Source: an uncultured Candidatus Saccharibacteria bacterium
GTDB lineage: Bacteria; Patescibacteriota; Minisyncoccia; Phycocordibacterales; UBA2100
Assembly (NCBI GenBank): GCA_964350885.1
Contig: CAYGKV010000005.1
Location: forward strand, 1,305-65,304
DNA: 64,000 bases
Direction of reading: 5' to 3'
Shown here: positions 36,813-46,502 of the stretch, in pieces
Layout of the letters: the number at the start of each line of letters is the position of its first letter
Numbering within the stretch: position 1 is the first letter of the stretch
The notes under the pieces: model-generated
What the model was told of the DNA's origin: nothing
Databases searched by the model: none
Seen by the model: the letters and a program-made list of their open reading frames with translations, nothing else
Position numbers and translations under genes: made by a program

Positions 36813-37790
36813 ATGGTACGGCCACTCGAACGGATTGACATCGTCATCAGCATCTTCAACCAAGAAAAAATCATCGAGCGTATACTCGCCGGTGTGTGCC
36901 GCAATACTCTTACGCCGTTCAATCTCATACTTGTCTTCGACGGCTGTGTAGATCAAACGAAGCCGAAAGCTCTCGCATGGTTGGAAAAGAATCGACCTGC
37001 TCACATGCTCGAACTCATCACTCGTGATGCCCCGAACGTGTATGAGACGAAGGCGACGAATATCGGCCTCAGGCTTGGCAGGGAGGATTACATCATCACG
37101 ATACAGGACGACATGGAGATACGAGAGCCGGGTTGGGAAGTGAGATTGACGTACCCCATACGGAAATTCGATGATGTATTTTCTACAGGAGCATGTCATG
37201 CACATGATCTCGATTTCGACCATTTTACGCCGCCTATCGAAAAATACAGGCGTGAGCGAGGACGTAGGTATCTCAACGCTCGTCGGGATATTTTCTATAT
37301 CCGCGATATCGCGATGCGAAGCCCTGTTGCGTTTCGTGCGGACTATTTGAGGAAACTCAATTACCTGAACGAGGCGTATGCGCCGAGCACGCTCGACGAA
37401 GCGGACAGTCAATTGCGTGCGTGGGAGCAGTTCGGTCTCCGTAGCGGGCTCTACTGGATCGATTACCTCTCGAAGCCGTCCTGGAGCAAATCCAAATCAA
37501 AGGATTCCACCATGAATGAGAGTGACAACCATGTACGCAATGTTGCACGTATTCGCGCAGACCACGCGGGTTACTTTGAGCGAAAAGAATCGCACTCGGA
37601 GGATCGTGTTGTTCCAGAAAGCGAAATAGATTATCCGGAGGGATTTGATCGATCGGCCCTTAGACGTCATCTCATTGTTTCCAACACGGTTTTCTTTCTA
37701 CGATGGAGCACTGAAAAGACACGTCGCATCATGAGGCGCCAGACCCAGCGAGGTAGAAGTCTCCTTAGACTTTTGCGTGTTCTCAAGTGA
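36813..37790 (+). CDS. glycosyltransferase family 2
   Basis: IDIVISIFNQEKIIERIL...LVFDGCVDQT... is a GT-A fold with a DxD region. Confidence 0.65.
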   Translation: MVRPLERIDIVISIFNQEKIIERILAGVCRNTLTPFNLILVFDGCVDQTKPKALAWLEKNRPAHMLELITRDAPNVYETKATNIGLRLGREDYIITIQDDMEIREPGWEVRLTYPIRKFDDVFSTGACHAHDLDFDHFTPPIEKYRRERGRRYLNARRDIFYIRDIAMRSPVAFRADYLRKLNYLNEAYAPSTLDEADSQLRAWEQFGLRSGLYWIDYLSKPSWSKSKSKDSTMNESDNHVRNVARIRADHAGYFERKESHSEDRVVPESEIDYPEGFDRSALRRHLIVSNTVFFLRWSTEKTRRIMRRQTQRGRSLLRLLRVLK

Positions 37791-37845
37791 TGATATATGC
37801 GCTCGACAGGACGTTTTCTCCTAACTTTTTACGCCAAAGATTCCT

Positions 37846-38226
37846 TTAAATGCCCGTACCTCTAAAAACGAGATGTTTGTAGCTGAAATAATTGATGACC
37901 GCAATGATGACGCCGCTTAGAAGTTGTGCAACGAGGTAGTGCACACCTCCGTATTCCACAAGCACAAAGACAAGCGTCGTATTGATCCCGAGTCCCACGA
38001 GCACTATGGTCAAAAAGGTGAGCGCCTGAGCATACAGATGATCTCGAGACGCGTCCTTGAAAGTCCAGAGTTTTTGAAGTGAAAAACTTACCCAGAAGGC
38101 AAGCAAGAATGCAACGATCGATGAAAATACGTACCAGACGTTGAAGAAGTGTGTAAGCACAAAGAGGGTCCCAAGGTTCACCAGAGTCGCAATACTTCCA
38201 GAGATACAGAATCGGGCGATGCGCAT
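37846..38226 (-). CDS. GtrA-family membrane protein (polysaccharide synthesis / flippase-associated)
   Basis: RFCISGSIATLVNLGTLFVL...SFSLQKLWTFKD plus 4 TM helices are typical GtrA. Start set to the ATG at 38226. Confidence 0.7.
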   Translation of the reverse strand: MRIARFCISGSIATLVNLGTLFVLTHFFNVWYVFSSIVAFLLAFWVSFSLQKLWTFKDASRDHLYAQALTFLTIVLVGLGINTTLVFVLVEYGGVHYLVAQLLSGVIIAVINYFSYKHLVFRGTGI

Positions 38227-38392
38227 CGGTGAAGGGTAGAGGGCGTTGGCGCGTGCGCGAACCTCTTTGATCAGGAGCAAGAGGTTGGCGACCATACGTA
38301 GGCCAAAGTGTAGCATATTGCTCAGAATCGCATTCTAGCTCCGTATTTCACGCGATGGTATAGTGTACCCTTAAGTGTTTTTACAACATACC

Positions 38393-39364
38393 ATGTCTGA
38401 TTTTTATAAAGGAAAAAGGGTGGTCGTTACGGGAGGGGCCGGTTTTATAGGGAGCTATGTCGTGGAAATGCTTGTTGAGCGGGGTGCGAATGTAACGATT
38501 CCACTTCGGGCGAGCACCAAGATCGATTTCCTCAGTGGTGTGCGCGATCGGGTGTCTCTCGTACAAGCCGACCTCCGCGAACGCTCAAGTATCGATACCC
38601 TCTTCAGAAAGACGGACATCGTGATCAATCTCGCTGCGGCGAAGGGCGGGGGCATCGCGCACAGCATGCAACACCATGGGTCGCTCTTTCGTGACAATAT
38701 GCAGCCATTTCTCAATACGCTTGATGCAGCACGCGAGGCCGGTGTAGAGCGGTTTCTTGTGGTGAGCTCTGCTTGCGTGTATTCAAAGGAAGCGAGTCAT
38801 CACGCAAAAGAATCTGAGGGCTTTGTAGGAGTGCCGGAAGCGGCCAATGCCGGCTACGGGTGGTCCAAGCGTATGGAGGAATACATGGGGCAAGCGTATG
38901 CGGAGGAATTTGGTATGCGAATTGCTATAGCGCGTCCCTACAACGGATATGGCCCACGAGACGATTTTTTCGCGGAATACAACCATGTGATACCGGGGCT
39001 GATTAAAAGAATACATGCTGGGGAGGACCCACTTGTCGTCTGGGGCACCGGCACGCAGACGCGTTCTTTTTTGTACGTCACGGATTTTGCGCGTGGGATA
39101 CTCGATGTGTGCGAAAAGTACGCCGTGGCAGATCCGCTCAACATCGCAAGTGACGAGGAGATATCCATCGCCGATCTTGCGCGCCTACTCATCGAACTCT
39201 CCGGCAAGAACGTGAAAGTCGAATTCGATACGACAAAGCCGGACGGACCTGTGCGTCGGAGTGCTGATACCAGCAAAGCATATGAAAAAATTGGTTTCCG
39301 CACCGAGGTGCCTCTGCGCGAGGGGTTGAAGAAAAGTATTGAATGGTATCAGAGGCACATATAG
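38393..39364 (+). CDS. NAD-dependent epimerase/dehydratase (GDP-L-fucose synthase / NDP-sugar reductase-like SDR)
   Basis: KRVVVTGGAGFIGSYVVEML...SSACVYS...YGWSK (YxxxK). Confidence 0.7.
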   Translation: MSDFYKGKRVVVTGGAGFIGSYVVEMLVERGANVTIPLRASTKIDFLSGVRDRVSLVQADLRERSSIDTLFRKTDIVINLAAAKGGGIAHSMQHHGSLFRDNMQPFLNTLDAAREAGVERFLVVSSACVYSKEASHHAKESEGFVGVPEAANAGYGWSKRMEEYMGQAYAEEFGMRIAIARPYNGYGPRDDFFAEYNHVIPGLIKRIHAGEDPLVVWGTGTQTRSFLYVTDFARGILDVCEKYAVADPLNIASDEEISIADLARLLIELSGKNVKVEFDTTKPDGPVRRSADTSKAYEKIGFRTEVPLREGLKKSIEWYQRHI

Positions 39365-39366
39365 TC

Positions 39367-40032
39367 ATGTCTGTAACCCTTATCGCAGCGACACTGAATG
39401 AGCTTGAAGCGGCTAAGGTCGTTTTACCCCGCATAGATCGCTCACTCGTGGACGAGCTCATTGTGGTCGACGGTGGCTCGACCGACGGTACGGTGGAATT
39501 TTGCGAGGCGCAAGGCTACACCGTATTGAAGCAAAAAGAGCGGGGCTACGGATCGGCAATGAAAGAGGCGTCGAAAATCGCGAAAGGCGACCTCGTCATC
39601 GAATTCCCGCCCGACGGTAATTCACTTCCAGAAAAAGTCCCCGATGTTATACGGAAATTGCAAGAAGGCTATGATTTCGTCATCGCATCGCGTTACGCAC
39701 CTGGTGCACGAAGCGAGGATGATGATTTTCTGACCGCGTTAGGGAACTGGGGATTTACTTTTGCAACCAACCTTCTCTTTTGGAGCTCATATACTGATGC
39801 GCTCGTTGGTTTCCGCGGCTACCGGAAGAGTGCATACGAGAAACTCGATATGACGGCGCGCGGCCTCGATTGGTCTATACAAATGCCGATACAATTCAGG
39901 AAAAAGAGACTACGCGTCGCGGACATCCCCGCTATTGAGCCTAAGCGCATTGGGGGCATCCGCAAAATGAAGCCATTTAAGACCGGGTGGCGTATCCTCA
40001 AGACACTTATCAAGGAGCGGTGTATTGTATAG
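39367..40032 (+). CDS. glycosyltransferase family 2 (dolichol-phosphate-mannose synthase-like)
   Basis: VTLIAATLNELEA...VVDGGSTDGT... and DFVIASRY are GT2/DPM1-like motifs. Confidence 0.7.
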   Translation: MSVTLIAATLNELEAAKVVLPRIDRSLVDELIVVDGGSTDGTVEFCEAQGYTVLKQKERGYGSAMKEASKIAKGDLVIEFPPDGNSLPEKVPDVIRKLQEGYDFVIASRYAPGARSEDDDFLTALGNWGFTFATNLLFWSSYTDALVGFRGYRKSAYEKLDMTARGLDWSIQMPIQFRKKRLRVADIPAIEPKRIGGIRKMKPFKTGWRILKTLIKERCIV

Positions 40033-41296
40033 CCATATGTACAAGGAGATTACGAAGTGCCGAATTTGCGGCAATGAAAAACTGCAGCAGGTGCTCAACC
40101 TTGGTGAACAATTTCTCTCATCGCAGTTTGTAAAGAGCAACGAAGATGAAGAGCTCTCTAGGGTTCGTGTTCCACTCACCCTGCTCCTGTGCGACGTCTG
40201 CGGGCTCGTGCAACTCAAGGAGACAGTCGATCGCGATTTGATGTATCGAAGCTATTTCTACCGTTCGGGGGTGAATCCCATGATGCGCGATGCGCTCTCC
40301 GACGTAACGCGCGATATTAAAGCGCATGCCAATCTCCAACCCGGTGATTCTGTCCTCGACATTGGTTGTAACGACGGTACGATGCTCACCTACTTTCCGA
40401 TCACGATGCGCCGTATCGGTATGGATCCAGCGCAGAACATCAATAGAAACTCGCTCGATCCTTCGATTACTGTCATTCAAGATTATTTCTCTGCCGAAAA
40501 GGCACGCGTCGCCAACGACGGAAACTCGTTCAAATCCGTTTCATCGATTGCGATGTTCTACGATCTCGATAGCCCAAATCAATTCGTCTCGGAAGTGAAG
40601 TCAGTCCTTGCCCCCGGCGGCACGTGGTGCGTGCAGTTGAGCTACCTTGCAACGACAGTGCAGACGATGAATTTTTACGACATCTGCCACGAACATTTAC
40701 TGTACTACTCGCTCCGCACCCTCAAGTACCTTATGGAGAAGCACGGCCTCAAAGTAATTGATGCGTCGCTGAATGACGTGAACGGCGGCAGCCTGCGATT
40801 CTTTGCGGTGCACGCCGATGACCCGCGCGAGGCGACGTCCACGCTCCGCGCTATCGAAGAAAAAGAGCAGGCGCTCAAGCTCGACCAAAAATCCACATAC
40901 GATGCATTTGGTGCTGCTATAGAGCGGCTTAAGCGCACCACGCTTGATTTTCTAGAGGCAGAGAGGAAAGCCGGAGGAACCGTCGTGGGCCTGGGCGCTT
41001 CAACGAAAGGAAATGTACTTCTGCAATACTTCGGCATCACCAAGGAGATGCTTCCTGCAATCAGCGATCGTTATGCAGAAAAAGTAGGGCTTCGAACGCT
41101 CGGAACTGACATCCGTGTCGTATCGGAAGAAGAGGCGCGGGACATGAAGCCCACGGCGATGCTCGTCCTCATTTGGTTTTTCAAAGATGAACTCCTGAAA
41201 CGAGAGGGTGAATACCTCCAGAGCGGAGGGAAATTGTTTTTTCCGATGCCGTATCCGCACGTCGTCTCAAAAGACGGTGAGGTGAGACTCGGCTAG
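40025..41296 (+). CDS. NDP-hexose C-methyltransferase (TylCIII family; Zn-ribbon + SAM MTase + C-MT C-terminal domain)
   Basis: N-terminal CRICGN...CDVCGLVQL zinc ribbon, VLDIGCNDGTML (motif I) and a C-terminal domain typical of sugar C-methyltransferases. Confidence 0.7.
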   Translation: MYSHMYKEITKCRICGNEKLQQVLNLGEQFLSSQFVKSNEDEELSRVRVPLTLLLCDVCGLVQLKETVDRDLMYRSYFYRSGVNPMMRDALSDVTRDIKAHANLQPGDSVLDIGCNDGTMLTYFPITMRRIGMDPAQNINRNSLDPSITVIQDYFSAEKARVANDGNSFKSVSSIAMFYDLDSPNQFVSEVKSVLAPGGTWCVQLSYLATTVQTMNFYDICHEHLLYYSLRTLKYLMEKHGLKVIDASLNDVNGGSLRFFAVHADDPREATSTLRAIEEKEQALKLDQKSTYDAFGAAIERLKRTTLDFLEAERKAGGTVVGLGASTKGNVLLQYFGITKEMLPAISDRYAEKVGLRTLGTDIRVVSEEEARDMKPTAMLVLIWFFKDELLKREGEYLQSGGKLFFPMPYPHVVSKDGEVRLG

Positions 41297-41297
41297 G

Positions 41298-42089
41298 CTA
41301 CGTCGTTGGTTTGCGCAGTGCCCACCAGGTGGGGAGTGAGAGCGCCTGATCCCTCGTGTACCGGCGACGCTTTAGGAGTAGTTCGTCTGCACACATTTGA
41401 ATGTGCGGCAGCGCACGTTGTGCAGCCGTGTATTCTGAGAAATCGTACATAGAGCGGTAGAAGAACCACTGACTAAGACTGCGCATCATGTTGGCTTTCA
41501 AGAAGTCGAGGGTCCACGGTATGTCGTCGAGTAGCAAGTATCCACCGGGCTTGAGGAGGTCGTGCGCGAGCAGCATCGTTGGCATATCGATATAAAACGT
41601 GTGGTGGCCATCGATATAAATAACGTCGTATTTATCGTCGTTCTTGAGCATCTCAAAAAGCGTCCAGGCGTACGTGCCTGTCGGATTCGATCGGAACGTA
41701 ATGCCTTTGGTATCCGTGCCCTTTATCGTGAGCTCGCGCATGTGGCTATCGCACACACTTTTAAAGTCGCAGCCGACATACGAGACACCATGAGCGCGCA
41801 TCAGCTCGAAACGGTCAAAGCGGGGGAACTCACCGATACCGACTTCTAGGAACGAACCGCCACTCATCGATGTGATGATCTTCTTCACGTGCTCCTCTTT
41901 GCGCACCCGCGGGTCCTCTGCAGTTTCCTGGCTCTGATGTACGAAACCGGCGTTCTTGAGCTTAAACGCGTACCATAGCGGGGAGAGAGCGATATGCCCC
42001 AGTCGCTTGCCGATCCGGACCGACGCGAGTGCAGCGGCACGACGTATACCCATTTCTTGTATGCGATTGATGATGTTCATGCGGGTCAT
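41298..42089 (-). CDS. class I SAM-dependent O-methyltransferase-like (TylF/MycF, Methyltransf_24-like)
   Basis: GSFLEVGIGEF...YDVIYIDGHHTFY is characteristic of macrocin-O-MT-like / CmcI-like methyltransferases. Confidence 0.55.
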   Translation of the reverse strand: MTRMNIINRIQEMGIRRAAALASVRIGKRLGHIALSPLWYAFKLKNAGFVHQSQETAEDPRVRKEEHVKKIITSMSGGSFLEVGIGEFPRFDRFELMRAHGVSYVGCDFKSVCDSHMRELTIKGTDTKGITFRSNPTGTYAWTLFEMLKNDDKYDVIYIDGHHTFYIDMPTMLLAHDLLKPGGYLLLDDIPWTLDFLKANMMRSLSQWFFYRSMYDFSEYTAAQRALPHIQMCADELLLKRRRYTRDQALSLPTWWALRKPTT

Positions 42090-43351
42090 GCCTTAGTTTG
42101 CCAGAAAAGATACCCAAAACATACGAATGTAATGAATTGGTGAATGACCGTGACCCAGATCGCACCCCAGATGCCGTAGAGTGGCAGCAGTACGACAAAG
42201 AGGCCGATCTTCAGAATGGGCAGAATAGCCTGAGAAATATACAGCTCCCGCTTTTTCAGATGCGCCGTGAGAGCAGAGCTAAATATAGCGCTGGGCGTAA
42301 AGATCAGCGATAGCGCCAGCACCTGTGTGTAGATGACCGCGCCTACGTATGCGGGAAAAAGGATCTTGAATAGGAACGGAGCGGCTATCACGTACGCCAT
42401 GGCCGCAAGGAACATAAGCCCTACGAGCATGAACGTTTTACGCGGGAGTGTTGTACGCAGTTCAGAAAAGTTCCGTTCGCTTATCTTCGGGATCGCGACT
42501 CGTACGGGTATATCGGCGAGAAGCTTAAGTTGTGCGATCGGTGTCTGTGCGAACGAGTACATAGCGAGCGGTGCCGCACCGAGGTAGTGGAATACGAGTA
42601 CTTTATCGATATTCTCTCCGACCTTGCCGAGCACTCCCATGAAGCTCAGGTGCTTTACGAATGGAAGCGTTTCGGGGTCGACTGCCGAGTTCGGTCTGAA
42701 TCTTCGAATAGTCGCACGATAGAGCGCGACGTTCATCAGGATACCTGCACAAAAATACGAGAGGAGAATGATGATCGGGTTGTCAAAGAAAAACACCGTG
42801 GCGACGAGTACCGCCGCGGGAATGATATCAGCGATGCTGTCATAGACAGCCTGAGTCTGAAAATCCTTTTTTCCTGAGATAAATTGACTGAACAGCGAGT
42901 ACGCCGAAAGGATCGGATTGAGAGCGGCAACAAGAAGGAAGCTCACACCAAGAACAGCATTGTCTTGCACGAAATAGTATGAGGCCACGCCGAGAGAGAG
43001 GGCTATCGAGATGAAACTCCAGCGCAGGTAATCGCGGACTCCCGCTCGCAGCGCTCCTTCGTACCCACGCGCGACAGTCTGCACGACTACCGTGCTCATG
43101 CCAGTGAGGGATAGCGCACCGATTATACCGGCACCAGCGAGCACGAACCGAAAGGTGCCGAATACCTCCGGCGATATCCAATTTGCCATGGCAGTCGCCA
43201 CTAAGAGGGAAACGGCCATGCCAATGGCTTTCGCGAGGGTCAGCCAAAAGCCGCCGTGCATGACATACAGCATGTCCGTCTTCGTATAGGCCTCGCTCCA
43301 CCTTGCGACGGCATGAAATGTATTCTTGAGCGACCTGAACATTCCGTCCAT
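42086..43351 (-). CDS. Wzx-type polysaccharide/O-unit flippase (MOP superfamily)
   Basis: 12-14 predicted TM helices and a Polysacc_synt-like pattern. Start set to an internal ATG (43351). Confidence 0.65.
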   Translation of the reverse strand: MDGMFRSLKNTFHAVARWSEAYTKTDMLYVMHGGFWLTLAKAIGMAVSLLVATAMANWISPEVFGTFRFVLAGAGIIGALSLTGMSTVVVQTVARGYEGALRAGVRDYLRWSFISIALSLGVASYYFVQDNAVLGVSFLLVAALNPILSAYSLFSQFISGKKDFQTQAVYDSIADIIPAAVLVATVFFFDNPIIILLSYFCAGILMNVALYRATIRRFRPNSAVDPETLPFVKHLSFMGVLGKVGENIDKVLVFHYLGAAPLAMYSFAQTPIAQLKLLADIPVRVAIPKISERNFSELRTTLPRKTFMLVGLMFLAAMAYVIAAPFLFKILFPAYVGAVIYTQVLALSLIFTPSAIFSSALTAHLKKRELYISQAILPILKIGLFVVLLPLYGIWGAIWVTVIHQFITFVCFGYLFWQTKA

Positions 43352-43409
43352 GCTACAGCGAAAGCTCTCTGTGAGCCAGTAATACCTCGTATGATACAAT
43401 CCGGCGCGT

Positions 43410-44594
43410 ATGCACGATGTAGCAGGTGTGACCGCCGTATCACGGGCGGGGGGTTCCATCAGTACGACTTTGCGGCAGCCTTTTTTTGCCGCCTATATCG
43501 GCTGCCTCATTGTCATCGCAAGTCTCTCGCTCTACTTTTTGCCGCACATCCTTCAGGGTGATGCCATTAGCTATGTCGATGCAGCGAAAGCGTATGCAGG
43601 AAATGTCCATTTAGATATCAACCTTCCTCCTGGACCTTTGACCCGTGAGACCGTTACTCCAGAGATTGTCGCGGTGCATCGCATGCTTACCTCGCCGCTT
43701 GGTATCGAGATATTACGATTCTTTGCGTGGATTACGGGTTCGTTTGAGGTTGGATGGCTTGTCATGGACACATTTTTTTTCTTTGGAGGCAGCATCGTAC
43801 TGTACCTACTCCTTGCGCGGTTCTATGAAAGTGAGCGTGTGGCATTTATCGGCGGACTCTTCTACGCCGGCAATTATTCCATGCTCTCTCAGGGAATGGG
43901 CTATTTCATGGATATAGGCGGATGGTTCTTCTACCTTCTCGCCCTCCTTCTGATCTATCTCTATATAGAATCTTCCAATTATCGGATGCTCGTCATCGCA
44001 GCGCTCATTATCGCGCTCGGTGGTCTTTTTAAGGAAAATGCGTATATGGCGTGTATTCCGATTGGGGCAGTATTATTGTTCGAATACTACCGCACACCGC
44101 TCGCTTTTCTCGCACGGTCGGTGCCTCTCGCCTTAGTCGTCACCTTACCCGCAGTGGTACAACACATCCACATGTATCGTGAATATGGATACACGTACTC
44201 ATATTGGGTAAATTTAAGTCAAGATTTTTACGAATACGACTCCGTCCTCATCGAGTATTTCAAGAGTTTCGGTTCACTTTTGACGTTTCTCGCTCCCATC
44301 GCGTTGCTTGGGGCGTATGAGTTCGTACGTCGTTTCAATGATCCTTGGCTTACTCACAAGAAGAAAGTCTTCCTCGTGTCTGTGCTTGCGTCGTCCATTC
44401 CGGCCGTATTATGGCCTGCGGTTACTCAGCGCGTTCTTTTCCTCGCTGTTCCCGGGCTTATTCTGCTCGCGGGACTGTGCGTCAAACGATTCGAGCGATA
44501 TTGGTACGCATTCGTACCGCTTATCATTTTGTATCTGCTTGCGGCTCTCACTATGGATTCCTTCATTCTCAACTACGTAAATCTGCCGATTTAA
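43410..44594 (+). CDS. polytopic membrane protein, ArnT/PMT (GT-C)-like glycosyltransferase or O-antigen polymerase-like
   Basis: ~11 TM helices with loop regions. No soluble domain. Confidence 0.45.
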   Translation: MHDVAGVTAVSRAGGSISTTLRQPFFAAYIGCLIVIASLSLYFLPHILQGDAISYVDAAKAYAGNVHLDINLPPGPLTRETVTPEIVAVHRMLTSPLGIEILRFFAWITGSFEVGWLVMDTFFFFGGSIVLYLLLARFYESERVAFIGGLFYAGNYSMLSQGMGYFMDIGGWFFYLLALLLIYLYIESSNYRMLVIAALIIALGGLFKENAYMACIPIGAVLLFEYYRTPLAFLARSVPLALVVTLPAVVQHIHMYREYGYTYSYWVNLSQDFYEYDSVLIEYFKSFGSLLTFLAPIALLGAYEFVRRFNDPWLTHKKKVFLVSVLASSIPAVLWPAVTQRVLFLAVPGLILLAGLCVKRFERYWYAFVPLIILYLLAALTMDSFILNYVNLPI

Positions 44595-44595
44595 T

Positions 44596-45741
44596 ATGTC
44601 TCGAAAGCCCTTCTTCAAGGACTGCGATTTGTACCCGCGCGATGCGCGGACAAATCGGGAGCCCATCGTGCATCTCGCGTATACGGTCCCACTCGGTCGA
44701 ACGCGCGCCAGGCGCGCGTTCGACAAAGCGCTTCGACTGATGCACCTGACTCCGCTACACCGGTTTGCACACGACGCGCTCATTCCTTGGCAGCGCCCGA
44801 TACGTGCGCCGCATAGCATCACGCACAACCTTCTCGACGCTATTCGCGCACGTGGGTACGATGTTCGTCTCTATAGTTTGTATGAGCACACGGTCGCGAA
44901 CCTCAAAGAGGGCGATATATTCATCGGCCAACCCGTACCACAAGGCGGATTTGGCGCGCAAAGATCGTACACCGACGATCGCGATTCTGTTACGTCGCGG
45001 ACCATCCGTGAATTCCCAAGCGAGAGGAATTTCATCATCATGCCCTACGCGCACGATGTACAGTATTCGACATTTGCAAAAGAGTTGATAGGAGAAAATC
45101 AGAGGGCAGGTGGCGGCTCCATCTTTATCGGAGGAAAGATATGGGAACGTGATTGGAATACTCGTTCGCCGCTTTCCGGCTTGGGATCCTTGCGCAAATT
45201 GTATCTTCAGATGGCGGTTGATGCCGCAGAGTATCCTCTCGTTAAGACAAAGTTTAATCCGAAAGGAAAACGACGCTACCTCTACATAGGCCATACCGCG
45301 TGGTACAAAAATACTGTCGAGCTTGAGCGCATAGCAGCACGGATGCCGGAGTATGAATTTGCGCATATCGGAGGAGGCGAAGTGAGGGGGTGGAAAAAAC
45401 TTTCCAACTTCGCATCTCTCACACCGGAATACGTATCACTACTTGCTGAAAAGTACGATATCTTCGTAAACGTCAGTATTACCGACCCACAAACCACCAC
45501 TGTTATGGAGCAAATGTGTTTCGGATTTCCGGTAGCATGCACGCCCGAGTCGGGATACGAATATGATTCCATCGTGCCGCTCTCGGTCAACGATACCGCA
45601 TGGAATCGGAAAAAGCTTTTGGAATTGCAATTTGAGGGAGAGGACGCACTTTTCGAGCGTGCTCGTAAAAACCGAGACCATGTGCTAAAGTCTCACAACT
45701 GGGAAACATTTACGCAGTCAATCATGTCATTCATCTTATGA
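44596..45741 (+). CDS. putative glycosyltransferase (GT1/GT4-like C-terminal domain)
   Basis: YLYIGHTAWYKN...YDIFVNVSITDPQTTTVMEQMCFGFPVACTPESG resembles the Glycos_transf_1 nucleotide-sugar-binding half. Confidence 0.4.
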   Translation: MSRKPFFKDCDLYPRDARTNREPIVHLAYTVPLGRTRARRAFDKALRLMHLTPLHRFAHDALIPWQRPIRAPHSITHNLLDAIRARGYDVRLYSLYEHTVANLKEGDIFIGQPVPQGGFGAQRSYTDDRDSVTSRTIREFPSERNFIIMPYAHDVQYSTFAKELIGENQRAGGGSIFIGGKIWERDWNTRSPLSGLGSLRKLYLQMAVDAAEYPLVKTKFNPKGKRRYLYIGHTAWYKNTVELERIAARMPEYEFAHIGGGEVRGWKKLSNFASLTPEYVSLLAEKYDIFVNVSITDPQTTTVMEQMCFGFPVACTPESGYEYDSIVPLSVNDTAWNRKKLLELQFEGEDALFERARKNRDHVLKSHNWETFTQSIMSFIL

Positions 45742-46355
45742 GCGCCAAGCCCAAAGTATCTCGAGCCGTCGTAGAGCGGTACGATCTGACATTCGAGGAA
45801 TTCAAACAATTCGAGCGCCAAGTATTGGTGCAAGAGCATTTGAAACGCTATGGATCCATAAGGAGATTCTGCTTCGGGGATGTGCTCGATTTCGCATGTG
45901 GATGTGGATACGGCTCCTATATGCTCGCGCTGAATCCTGATGTAACATCGGTTGTGGCTGTAGACAATAGCAAAGAAGCTGTTCAATGGGCAAAGGAACA
46001 TTTCTCGCATCCACATATAACCTACAAGGTCGCGGATGCGCGCGAGGTCAAGGGCACGTTCGATACGCTCGTGTGCCTCGAAACAATTGAACATCTCAAA
46101 GATACGCGGATAATTCCGCAGATAGTTGAGAGATGTGCAATATCGAATCTCATAATTTCATTCCCCGACAAGAAAACCACACACTACAACTCTCATCATT
46201 TTCATGACTTTGTGCGGCAGGATATCGTCGACCTGTTTCCCAAACACGTCGTCTACCACGTGATCCGATTTGCGGATAGCACGGCGGTCTTGCTCACCAG
46301 ATTGTCCGACAAAGCACCCTCCGAACTTTTCAGGAATATCCGCGATCTCGGTTGA
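45738..46355 (+). CDS. class I SAM-dependent methyltransferase
   Basis: VLDFACGCGYGSYMLA (motif I), ...LVCLETIEHL. Confidence 0.7.
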   Translation: MSAKPKVSRAVVERYDLTFEEFKQFERQVLVQEHLKRYGSIRRFCFGDVLDFACGCGYGSYMLALNPDVTSVVAVDNSKEAVQWAKEHFSHPHITYKVADAREVKGTFDTLVCLETIEHLKDTRIIPQIVERCAISNLIISFPDKKTTHYNSHHFHDFVRQDIVDLFPKHVVYHVIRFADSTAVLLTRLSDKAPSELFRNIRDLG

Positions 46356-46443
46356 TCGCAAAGAGGCTCGCGTCTTTCCTTAAGAAATTATCCCCCTCTT
46401 GTCCACACGTTGTACACCATTATCGCGTGTCCGCGTTTTTTTT

Positions 46444-46469
46444 TTGCATTCGTGTACCGGAGTTATAAT
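46444..46469 (+). promoter_or_regulatory. candidate promoter (TTGCAT ... TATAAT, short 14-nt spacer) in an AT-rich tract upstream of the LamG gene
   Basis: A T10 run, then TTGCATtcgtgtaccggagtTATAAT, about 35 nt upstream of the ATG at 46503. Confidence 0.25.
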
Positions 46470-46502
46470 TACCGACTTATTTAATAAGCTCTCATATTAA
46501 TT

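Noticed and set aside
36049-37412. Minus-strand ORFs opposite the DegT and GT2 genes (174 aa, 215 aa)
   Set aside because: Shadow ORFs. The sense-strand genes have family-defining motifs and tight operon spacing.
38317-38392. Possible divergent promoter between GtrA and epimerase genes (TTCACG / TATAGT)
   Set aside because: The spacer between the hexamers is only 6 nt, so it is not a credible sigma70 promoter as read.
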